DNA of 64,000 bases from Clostridia bacterium. Lineage in GTDB: Bacteria > Bacillota > Clostridia > Oscillospirales > CAG-272. Each line of letters opens with the position of its first letter. The first letter of the stretch is position 1. Below, in pieces: positions 18,034-24,863 of this stretch. The stretch is taken from positions 83,203 through 147,202 of the forward strand of contig JAKSOD010000002.1 of assembly GCA_024405755.1 (NCBI GenBank), written 5' to 3'. A program made the position numbers and the translations under genes. The notes beneath the pieces are model-generated. The model made no database searches and was not told the origin of the DNA. It worked only from the letters and a program-made list of their open reading frames with translations.

Positions 18034-20436
18034 TCAGAATTCAGTCGGAGCATCACCGTCACCGGGCATGGGCGGCATATCGTCGTTCACGGCGTTGTCC
18101 GGTACCGGCTCTTCACGGCGAGTGTAGCCGCAGGACTTATTGTGACACACGAGACCCGGATTGCTGCCCTTGCGACGGAAAAGCATGGCTCCGCAGTCAG
18201 GGCATTTTTCATTGGTTGGCATATCCCAGCTCGAAAAATCACACTTCGGATAATTCGAGCAGCTGTAAAACACGGATTTATTACGCCCGTGGCGCAGAAG
18301 AATATCTCCGCCGCACTTCGGACATTTCACGTCAAGCTTCGTTTCTTCACGCTTTATATACTTGCACTTGGGATAATTGGCGCAGGCATAGAAAGTACCG
18401 TAAGGACCGTGTCTCTGAACCATATCGCCGCCGCAGATCTCACACTTGAAGTCAGCGATCACCGCAGGCTTTTTCTCCTGCTCCGTTTTGCTGCCTTCAA
18501 GGGGTTTGGTATTGCGGCACTGAGGGTAATTGGGGCAGGCAGCGAATTTTCCGAAACGCCCCTGCTTGACGATCATTCTCGCCCCGCATTTATCGCAGAT
18601 CAGGTCGGTTTCTTCCACAGGTGTCTCTGCACCCTCATCAGCTTCCTTTTTCTCTGCGATTTCAAGTTCGGATCTGAATCCGTTCCAAAAATCATTGAGA
18701 ACAGAAATCATGGGAGTATCGCCGTTTTCGATACCGTCGAGTTTATCTTCCATGTTAGCGGTGAATTTATAGTCCACAATGTCGGCAAAGTCGCTTCTCA
18801 TAAGGGCAGTCGTAACCTCACCGAGTTGAGTGGGGACGAGGGACTTTCCGTCACGTTTTACATATTCACGGGTGATGATGGTGGTAATTGTCGGAGTAAT
18901 GGTACTCGGACGTCCGATCCCCCTGTCTTCAAGTGCCTTGATGAGCGTTGCCTCGGTGTAGCGCGGCGGTGCCTCAGTGAAGTGACGGGCAGGAGTAATC
19001 TCGGTGACTCCGAGTTTCTGACCTTCGGTGAGAGCCGGGATCCGCAGGTTCTTTATATTATCGGGATCAGCGTCGGCAGAAGCGGGGGCATCATCCTGAG
19101 TTTCCTCGTAAACTGCCATATATCCCTGGAACACCACGGTATAACCGCCGGTGCGGAACACGTGACCTGCACATTCAAAATCAACAGTCAGGGTATCGAG
19201 TTTTGCTGACTCCATCTGACTTGCCACAAATCTTTCCCAGATCAGACGGTAGAGTTTGAACTGATCGGGTGTAAGGTACTGCTTTACGTCTGCGGGAGTC
19301 AGAGAGACTCTTGACGGACGTATTGCTTCATGAGCATCCTGAGCACCAGCCTTTGTCTTGAAAACACGGGGAGTTGCGGGACGGTATTGCTCTCCGTATT
19401 TCCCCGCAATAAATTCACGTGCAGCATCCTGTGCTTCCTCCGCTACACGGAGAGAGTCGGTACGCATATAGGTGATAAGACCCTGGGCACCGCCGTTTGC
19501 GGCACCGAGGTTTATACCTTCATACAGTTCCTGAGCTGTGCGCATGATTCGGGCAGACTGAAATCCGAGTCTGCGTGATGCTTCCTGCTGCATAGTTGAC
19601 GTGGTGAAAGGCGGTGCTGGGGATTTGTATTTTACTCCGTGCTTAACCGAAAGGACTGTCATATCCTTGCCTTTTACATCATTAACAACGGCATTGGCAT
19701 CAGCCTCGCAGGTGAGTTTTCCCTTATCTTTGGCAGCAGCACTGCCGAAATACCTTACTGCAAAAGGTGTACTCCCGTCACGGGGATCAAGTTTTGCGCC
19801 GATAGTCCAGTATTCAACGGGAACGAAAGCACGGATTTCCTCTTCGCGTTCCACCACAAGTCTTGTGGCAACTGACTGTACCCGTCCTGCGGAAAGTCCG
19901 TGTTTTACTCTCTTCCAAAGCAGGGGACTGAGTTTATACCCAACGATACGGTCAAGGATACGGCGGGACTGCTGCGCATCAACGAGGTTCATATCTATCT
20001 GGCGCGGAGCCTTGATCGCGTTTTTCACGGCAGTTTTCGTGATTTCATTGAAAGTAACACGCAGAGTCTTCTCGGGCGGCAGGTCGAGTGCCGTCGCAAG
20101 ATGCCATGAAATGGCTTCTCCCTCGCGGTCGGGGTCGGTTGCAAGGAAGACTTTATTCGCTTCCTTTGCTTCTTTTTTCAGTTCTTTTATCAGATCTCCT
20201 TTGCCGCGTATGTTGATATAGTGCGGCTGGAAGTTGTTTTCAATATCAATACCGAAATAACTTTTCGGCAGATCGCGGACATGTCCTTTGGATGCCACGA
20301 CCTTATAATTTGATCCGAGGCACGCCTGAATGGTATGCGCTTTCGGAGGTGACTCAATGATAACAAGGTTTTTTGCGGTACTTTTTGCCATAATTAATAT
20401 TCTATTCCTTTCAGAATTAACTGATTCTTTGCACAT
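18034..20436 (-). CDS. topA: DNA topoisomerase I
   Basis: 800 aa with TOPRIM N-terminus (LVIIESPPKAHTI), a type IA core and several C-terminal CxxC...CxxC zinc ribbons. ATG 20436 overlaps the dprA stop by 1 nt (TGATG). An alternative start is MAKSTAKN at 20391. Confidence 0.95.
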   Translation of the reverse strand: MCKESVNSERNRILIMAKSTAKNLVIIESPPKAHTIQACLGSNYKVVASKGHVRDLPKSYFGIDIENNFQPHYINIRGKGDLIKELKKEAKEANKVFLATDPDREGEAISWHLATALDLPPEKTLRVTFNEITKTAVKNAIKAPRQIDMNLVDAQQSRRILDRIVGYKLSPLLWKRVKHGLSAGRVQSVATRLVVEREEEIRAFVPVEYWTIGAKLDPRDGSTPFAVRYFGSAAAKDKGKLTCEADANAVVNDVKGKDMTVLSVKHGVKYKSPAPPFTTSTMQQEASRRLGFQSARIMRTAQELYEGINLGAANGGAQGLITYMRTDSLRVAEEAQDAAREFIAGKYGEQYRPATPRVFKTKAGAQDAHEAIRPSRVSLTPADVKQYLTPDQFKLYRLIWERFVASQMESAKLDTLTVDFECAGHVFRTGGYTVVFQGYMAVYEETQDDAPASADADPDNIKNLRIPALTEGQKLGVTEITPARHFTEAPPRYTEATLIKALEDRGIGRPSTITPTITTIITREYVKRDGKSLVPTQLGEVTTALMRSDFADIVDYKFTANMEDKLDGIENGDTPMISVLNDFWNGFRSELEIAEKKEADEGAETPVEETDLICDKCGARMIVKQGRFGKFAACPNYPQCRNTKPLEGSKTEQEKKPAVIADFKCEICGGDMVQRHGPYGTFYACANYPKCKYIKREETKLDVKCPKCGGDILLRHGRNKSVFYSCSNYPKCDFSSWDMPTNEKCPDCGAMLFRRKGSNPGLVCHNKSCGYTRREEPVPDNAVNDDMPPMPGDGDAPTEF

Positions 20437-21911
20437 CAGCTGCGTCTGATGTAAACGCCGCCCGGTGCGCTTTCCACGTAACCCATGATTTCAAGCATAG
20501 ACAAAGTTCCGACCACATCTCCCACCGGATATCCGAGTGATGAAAAATCGTCGGGATTCATCTTTTTTCCCTTTATCATAAGATCGTATACCTGCCGCAG
20601 TTTTCCCTCAGGGGGAGGCGGCAGAGCAGTTTCCGCGGAGACAAGCTCCGCCGGACTGTTTTTATTGATTTGAGATTCGGTGATTTCGTTTCCGGTTTCT
20701 GTATCTTTTGCCTTACTTGCCCGTTCGGGAAAGAGAAAACGGTGTTTTTTCGTTTTTTGATCTGCTTTGTGGGTAAGAGCACAGGCTTGGGTGGCATTCG
20801 CGTAATGATCTGAATGACTCAATGTGGTTTTGGGGTCAGAATGTCCGCACCTGCCGGATAAGGATCCCGCACCGTCAACTCCGTATTTTCCGAGCACACC
20901 GTCACGGATATCAGAACACGACATTGCTCGTACCAGAGCGTCCTTATTCACGGTATCTCCGTACATCAGCAAAAAATCGGACAGAATATCGCGTGCACCG
21001 AGTACTATCCTTGCGCCGTCACGTATAAGAGAATTAGTTCCGGCAGTGTTCTCCGCACCGATATTTCCGGGCAAAGCATAAATTGCTCTCCCCTGTCTTA
21101 TTGCTTCGCGTGCAGTGATCATTGATCCGCTTTTCTCTCCTGCTTCAACCACGAGCGTTCCCTGACAGAGTCCGCTGATTATTCGGTTCCTCACGGGAAA
21201 ATGCGATCCTACGGGAAGCGATCCGGGAGGATATTCACTTATAACGGCTCCTTTTTCCGATATTGCGCGCATCAAAGCCTTGTGTGACAACGGATAAGCA
21301 CGGTCAAGACCGCAGCCGGAGACAGCAACCGTGACTCCGCCCGCTTCAAGTGCTCCGCAGGCTGAGACGGAATCAACACCTTTTGCCATTCCGCTGACCA
21401 CGACGGCACCGGCAGCCCCCAGTTCATAGCCTATTTTATACGCCATTTTCATTCCGTATTCGCTCATTGACCGCGTTCCCACCATAGCAGTGCAGATCTT
21501 TGAGTCCACATCGGGAATATGTCCTTTGTAATAGAGCAGAAAAGGCGGGTTCGGTATATCGGCAAGCCTTTCCGGATATCCCTTCCAGCCTCTGACGATC
21601 ACTCCTATCCCTTCTTTTGAGCAGAAATCCATACAGCGCCATGCCGGATCGAGATCCTTGTTCAAGAGTCTTGCGGATATACGCTCCGGAATTCCCGCCT
21701 CGGCAAGTTCCTCGGAGTCGGCACGGTAAATCTCATAAGCAGAAGAAAAGCGCGGAAAGAGTTCACCGTATGCTGTGCTTCCGGCGTCAAGGCACAGGGA
21801 CAGCCAGATTTCGTAAAGCGGATCTTTTCCCGCAATGATACCCGACATAGCAATTCCCTCCACACTTGATTTCAGTACCTGAAATGCGATTGGATCAGGC
21901 ACAGATAGCAT
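20436..21911 (-). CDS. dprA: DNA-processing protein DprA (Smf), with a long low-complexity linker before the C-terminal winged helix
   Basis: DprA Rossmann core (TAMVGTRSMSEYG, VVSGMAKGVDS, GEKSGSMITAREA) and a C-terminal WH-like segment (LRQVYDLM...GTLSMLEIMGYV). Start set at ATG 21911, which forms a TGATG overlap with the upstream methyltransferase stop. Confidence 0.9.
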   Translation of the reverse strand: MLSVPDPIAFQVLKSSVEGIAMSGIIAGKDPLYEIWLSLCLDAGSTAYGELFPRFSSAYEIYRADSEELAEAGIPERISARLLNKDLDPAWRCMDFCSKEGIGVIVRGWKGYPERLADIPNPPFLLYYKGHIPDVDSKICTAMVGTRSMSEYGMKMAYKIGYELGAAGAVVVSGMAKGVDSVSACGALEAGGVTVAVSGCGLDRAYPLSHKALMRAISEKGAVISEYPPGSLPVGSHFPVRNRIISGLCQGTLVVEAGEKSGSMITAREAIRQGRAIYALPGNIGAENTAGTNSLIRDGARIVLGARDILSDFLLMYGDTVNKDALVRAMSCSDIRDGVLGKYGVDGAGSLSGRCGHSDPKTTLSHSDHYANATQACALTHKADQKTKKHRFLFPERASKAKDTETGNEITESQINKNSPAELVSAETALPPPPEGKLRQVYDLMIKGKKMNPDDFSSLGYPVGDVVGTLSMLEIMGYVESAPGGVYIRRS

Positions 21912-22765
21912 CAGACAAGATTCTTTCCGGCGATCTCCCACATGAAAACGGATGCCGCAATTGCTGCATTCAGAGATTCGACTCCCGGTCCCTGCTTCAT
22001 TGGCAGTATGACACATCCGTCGCAGGCATCGATCACACCGTCAGACAGTCCGTGTCCCTCGTTCCCGATAACAACACAGTCCGAGGAAACGATCTTTGCC
22101 TCGGCAAAAGTCACAGCCCTCTCCGACAAAGCAGCTCCGAGAGTTCTTCTTCCGTTTTGTGACAGTATGCGCAGGCTCTCTGCCATATCCGGACATACGA
22201 AGATCTCACGTGAGAATAACGCGCCCATTGCAGCTCTGACAGTACGCGGATTATATATGTCGGCACAGTCGGAGGACATCAGTACGGTATCCACACCAAA
22301 GGCGGCAGCAGTACGTATCACTGTTCCCACATTGCCGGGATCGCGTACAGATTCAAGCGCGATCATCTTTTTCGGCGACCGTGCAAGTTCAGTCACGTTA
22401 TTTATTGTAGCGATTTTGCGCCGTTTGTCAATATATTTTGCCACAGTAATTATGCCTTCGGGAGATTTTTCTTCGGAAATTTTAGAAAACGCACCTCCCG
22501 AAAGCACCGTTACCGGTGCTCCGGCGGCAAGGGCCCGCACTTCCGGCAAAAGTCTGTCCGCCTTTTCCTCCATAATGAGGACTCGCTCTATCTCCACTCT
22601 GCACGCGACTGCTTCACGGAACAGTTTGATCCCGTCAAAGCGGAAAAGCCTCTCTTTATCCCGCCCACGGCGGTCGTTCAGAGAGTTCACTAAAGTCAGA
22701 TACGGATTCTGACGCGAACTTATATATTCCGCTTTCCATGCGTCATTTATTGCCACTTGCAGCAC
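21911..22765 (-). CDS. TrmH/SpoU-family RNA 2'-O-methyltransferase
   Basis: 284 aa with SpoU motifs SVRDPGNVGTVIRTAAAFG, VVIGNEGHGLS and SLNAAIAASVFMWE. Confidence 0.9.
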   Translation of the reverse strand: MLQVAINDAWKAEYISSRQNPYLTLVNSLNDRRGRDKERLFRFDGIKLFREAVACRVEIERVLIMEEKADRLLPEVRALAAGAPVTVLSGGAFSKISEEKSPEGIITVAKYIDKRRKIATINNVTELARSPKKMIALESVRDPGNVGTVIRTAAAFGVDTVLMSSDCADIYNPRTVRAAMGALFSREIFVCPDMAESLRILSQNGRRTLGAALSERAVTFAEAKIVSSDCVVIGNEGHGLSDGVIDACDGCVILPMKQGPGVESLNAAIAASVFMWEIAGKNLV

Positions 22766-22803
22766 CGCCTTTCAAAAAAAATGACATACCGAATACGACA
22801 AAC

Positions 22804-22838
22804 GGGGCTGCTGCAAATCGGAATTTGCGCACAGCCCC
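22804..22838 (-). terminator. intrinsic terminator downstream of rplT
   Basis: On the minus strand, ggggctg...cagcccc encloses an inner gcaaat/atttgc stem and is followed by gtttgt. It sits 16 nt after the rplT stop. Confidence 0.6.
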
Positions 22839-22853
22839 AGATTATTAAAGTGC

Positions 22854-23207
22854 TCAGAGAGCCTCTTTTGCCTGTTTTGCGAGAGCAGCGAATGCCTCTT
22901 TATCGGCAACGGCGATCTCGGCGAGCATTTTGCGGTTAAGATCGACACCGGCTTTTTTCAGACCGTGGATCATGGTGGAATAGTTCATTCCGTTTACCTT
23001 CGCCTCAGCGGAGATACGGGCGATCCACAGACGGCGGAAATCTCTCTTCTTCTGTTTGCGGCCTGCAAATGCATAGTTGCCGCTCTTCATAACGGCTTGC
23101 TTTGCCATTTTGAAGTGCTTGCTCTTTGCACCCCAGTAACCCTTAGCAGCCTTCAGAACTTTATTTCTTCTTTTGCGCGTCATCATTGCGCCTTTGATTC
23201 TAGCCAT
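22854..23207 (-). CDS. rplT: 50S ribosomal protein L20 (bL20)
   Basis: 117 aa. [42 protein letters not shown] is a canonical L20 N-terminus. Confidence 0.97.
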   Translation of the reverse strand: MARIKGAMMTRKRRNKVLKAAKGYWGAKSKHFKMAKQAVMKSGNYAFAGRKQKKRDFRRLWIARISAEAKVNGMNYSTMIHGLKKAGVDLNRKMLAEIAVADKEAFAALAKQAKEAL

Positions 23208-23231
23208 TTTACTTTACCTCCTGTGCCTTTA

Positions 23232-23426
23232 TTACTTGCAGATAAGCGTCTTGATGTTGGACGCGGTCTTGCCCTGCACGTAATCGGCAGTGCGAAGATG
23301 TCTCTTTCTCTTCTGATCTTTCAGACCGAGTTTATGACGGTGATGAGAGTGATTCATTTTGACCTTGCCGGTTCCGGTAACGGAAAAGCGTTTGGCTGAG
23401 GCTCTGTGTGTCTTGATTTTTCCCAT
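23232..23426 (-). CDS. rpmI: 50S ribosomal protein L35 (bL35)
   Basis: 64 aa. MGKIKTHRASAKRFSVTGTGKVKMNHSHHRH is the L35 signature. It sits between infC and rplT. Confidence 0.95.
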   Translation of the reverse strand: MGKIKTHRASAKRFSVTGTGKVKMNHSHHRHKLGLKDQKRKRHLRTADYVQGKTASNIKTLICK

Positions 23427-23536
23427 TGTATTTTCTCCTGACTTAATATTTTTCGTGATTCTTGCGAATCGTTATATAACGCGCCTGCGGCACGTATCAT
23501 GGCACTCCCGCAGAAAACCGGAGTACCTTGCTGACT

Positions 23537-24055
23537 TTATTTTTTGACCGGCGTTATCATCATGGTCATCAGTTTTCCGTCGAGGACCGGAGCCTTTTCA
23601 ACGGTTCCATAGTCCGCCACGGCGTCACGGAACTGGTCAAGAATGTCCTTGCCGAGCTGCTGATGGCTCATTTCTCTTCCGCGGAAACGAAGTACTACTT
23701 TGACTTTGTTGCCATCTCCGAGAAATCTTATGGCGTGTTTCGCCTTAGTCTCAAAATCGTGAGTCTCTATCCTGCATGACAGCTGGACTTCTTTGATCTC
23801 CACGATATTCTGTTTCTTTTTTGCTTCTTTTTCTCTCTTGTCCTGCTCGAAACGGTATTTGCCGTAGTCAATGATCTTGCATACTGGCGGCTGAACCGTG
23901 GGGGCTGATACAAGGACCAGATCAAGTCCCTTGTCGTAGGCGGTACGAAGTGCAGACTCGGAACTCATAATACCGAGCTGTTCTCCCGTGGGTCCTATGA
24001 CTCTGACTTCTTTAAAGCGGATGTTTTCGTTGAGTAAGGTTTCCTTAGCAGCTAT
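23537..24055 (-). CDS. infC: translation initiation factor IF-3, initiating at a non-canonical AUA codon
   Basis: The ORF-track ATG at 23968 truncates the conserved N-terminus. The frame stays open upstream to a TGA at 24064-24062 and encodes IAAKETLLNENIRFKEVRVIGPTGEQLGIMSS. The only plausible start is ATA at 24055-24053, 9 nt after a GGAGG (24069-24065). This gives 172 aa. Confidence 0.9.
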   Translation of the reverse strand: MAAKETLLNENIRFKEVRVIGPTGEQLGIMSSESALRTAYDKGLDLVLVSAPTVQPPVCKIIDYGKYRFEQDKREKEAKKKQNIVEIKEVQLSCRIETHDFETKAKHAIRFLGDGNKVKVVLRFRGREMSHQQLGKDILDQFRDAVADYGTVEKAPVLDGKLMTMMITPVKK

Positions 24056-24192
24056 TGTCGCTCACCTCCGATAAAAATAAAAACGGCGCGAAGAAACTCC
24101 GTGCCGAACAAAAACCCATAAAATGAGTACGTCGATATTAACGCCTGCTCGCGGTGCGGCAGGGTGAGAACGGAGTGTTCTTCTTGATTGCA
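24056..24192 (-). promoter_or_regulatory. structured 5' leader of infC-rpmI-rplT, candidate L20 ribosomal-protein leader
   Basis: The leader runs ~135 nt between the promoter and the AUA start. It shows long-range pairing gaagaaCactccgt / acggagtttcttc (13 bp, one bulge) enclosing ~65 nt, followed by a T-rich tract (cgccgtttttattttta). The position matches Firmicute L20 leaders. No covariance model was run. Confidence 0.45.
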
Positions 24193-24198
24193 GGAGAA

Positions 24199-24227
24199 AT
24201 TATACCACGCGTCTGACATTCTGTCAA
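24199..24227 (-). promoter_or_regulatory. sigma-A promoter of the infC operon
   Basis: On the minus strand: TTGACA (24227-24222), 17-nt spacer, TGgTATAAT (extended -10, TATAAT at 24204-24199). Confidence 0.8.
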
Positions 24228-24445
24228 GAGAAAAATGAAATTTTTTTTGTTTTTTCACATTTTTCTTTAATATGCGTCAGATACTGAATTCAAAAAATCA
24301 GAATATTTGCCTTCTGACACAATACGAACGAACTGAACGTATTACCTTGACGGCATGTCGTACTGTGTGTCGTGGTAATAATCGCCTAAAATCTTACGCT
24401 TTTTGCCGTCAATTTTCTACTATGGATTATTTGCACGAAATTTCC

Positions 24446-24465
24446 CGTCAATATTCGTCAATATT
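24446..24465 (+). repeat. tandem 10-bp direct repeat CGTCAATATT x2, with a third degenerate copy at 24407-24416
   Basis: cgtcaatatt|cgtcaatatt lies 5 nt upstream of the -35 of the orphan promoter. A related cgtcaatttt lies 30 nt further upstream. Confidence 0.8.
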
Positions 24466-24470
24466 CATAA

Positions 24471-24499
24471 TTTACAAGCTGCGAAATTTGTTGTATAAT
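24471..24499 (+). promoter_or_regulatory. sigma-A-type promoter with no coding gene downstream
   Basis: TTTACA (24471-24476), 17-nt spacer, TATAAT (24494-24499). Confidence 0.65.
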
Positions 24500-24505
24500 A
24501 GTGGC

Positions 24506-24620
24506 ACAGTCACGGGAGTACCCGTCGCTGGCCTCGAATGCACAACGGTCATCTTTCTTTGCGGAGTATCAAGCTTATGATATCAACACGCAGGGACTGA
24601 TCACCGTTGTTGCTTTTTTA
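24506..24620 (+). ncRNA. candidate small structured RNA (~115 nt) of unknown class
   Basis: It starts about 7 nt after the -10. It contains hairpin acggg-agta-cccgt, inner hairpin tatca-agctta-tgata, and a long closing helix gcacaacggtcatc (24540-24553) / gatcaccgttgttgc (24599-24613), followed by TTTTTTAATTTTTTT. No RBS-preceded ORF is present. I could not match it to a known riboswitch or housekeeping RNA by eye. Confidence 0.4.
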
Positions 24621-24656
24621 ATTTTTTTCTCTGTTTGATTTTTTCCGTAATCAACA

Positions 24657-24702
24657 GCGCGCGGGACGGGCACAACAGCCTCCGAAAGCGCGTTTTTCTT
24701 TT
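24657..24702 (+). terminator. second GC-rich hairpin plus T-tract upstream of the lon promoter
   Basis: The cgcgc (24658-24662) / gcgcg (24888-24892 minus 200, i.e. 24688-24692) stem has inner G-C pairs and is followed by TTTTTCTTTTGTTT. Confidence 0.5.
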
Positions 24703-24750
24703 GTTTATGTAAATTTTCTTCACTCTTTTCTTCAATTTTTAATAAAAGTA

Positions 24751-24779
24751 TAGAAATCTGTGAAATAATATGCTATAAT
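24751..24779 (+). promoter_or_regulatory. candidate lon promoter (extended -10)
   Basis: TGcTATAAT at 24771-24779 with a weak -35 tagaaa at 24751-24756 (17-nt spacer). About 85 nt upstream of the lon ATG. No CIRCE or CtsR box was seen. Confidence 0.55.
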
Positions 24780-24863
24780 ACTGTGATAAAATGCCCGTAA
24801 GCCGACGGAATCCCCGGACCGGCACCCGCGCAAACACGAAACCGAAAGGAAATACTGATTTAA

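Noticed and set aside
18142-19209. 355-aa plus-strand ORF antisense to topA, and the 257-aa ORF at 17676-18449 antisense to trmFO/topA
   Set aside because: No recognisable motifs and no RBS. They lie fully inside strongly supported minus-strand genes. Stop-poor antisense frames are expected at this GC content.
20436-20850. ~100-aa low-complexity insertion between the DprA core and its C-terminal winged helix
   Set aside because: It looks like a disordered linker (Ser/Thr/Lys/His-rich) with no repeat or domain signature. Variable linkers are common in DprA.
21942-22712. 256-aa plus-strand ORF antisense to the TrmH-family methyltransferase. Similar antisense ORFs lie at 7454-8074 (nadD) and 28497-29243 (M50/scpA).
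   Set aside because: The composition is Ser/Pro/Ala- or Phe/Cys-rich and unlike real proteins. No start context is present, and the opposite strands carry clear family signatures.
23427-23536. 110-nt spacer between infC and rpmI with a ctgcgg...ccgcag hairpin and a cgttatataacg palindrome
   Set aside because: The stem is short (6 bp) with a 17-nt loop and no T-tract. It could be a processing or stability element, but nothing distinctive enough to call by eye.
24272-24580. 102-aa ORF in the infC-lon intergenic region
   Set aside because: No RBS precedes its ATG. It runs straight through the orphan promoter hexamers and the hairpins of the candidate RNA, and the protein has no recognisable features.
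24056-24863. Possibility that the AT-rich 808-bp strand-switch region is a replication origin
   Set aside because: No convincing DnaA boxes (TTATCCACA/TGTGGATAA) are present; the best match, tatggatta, has two mismatches. No dnaA/dnaN genes are nearby. The region is better explained by promoters, an infC leader and the candidate RNA.
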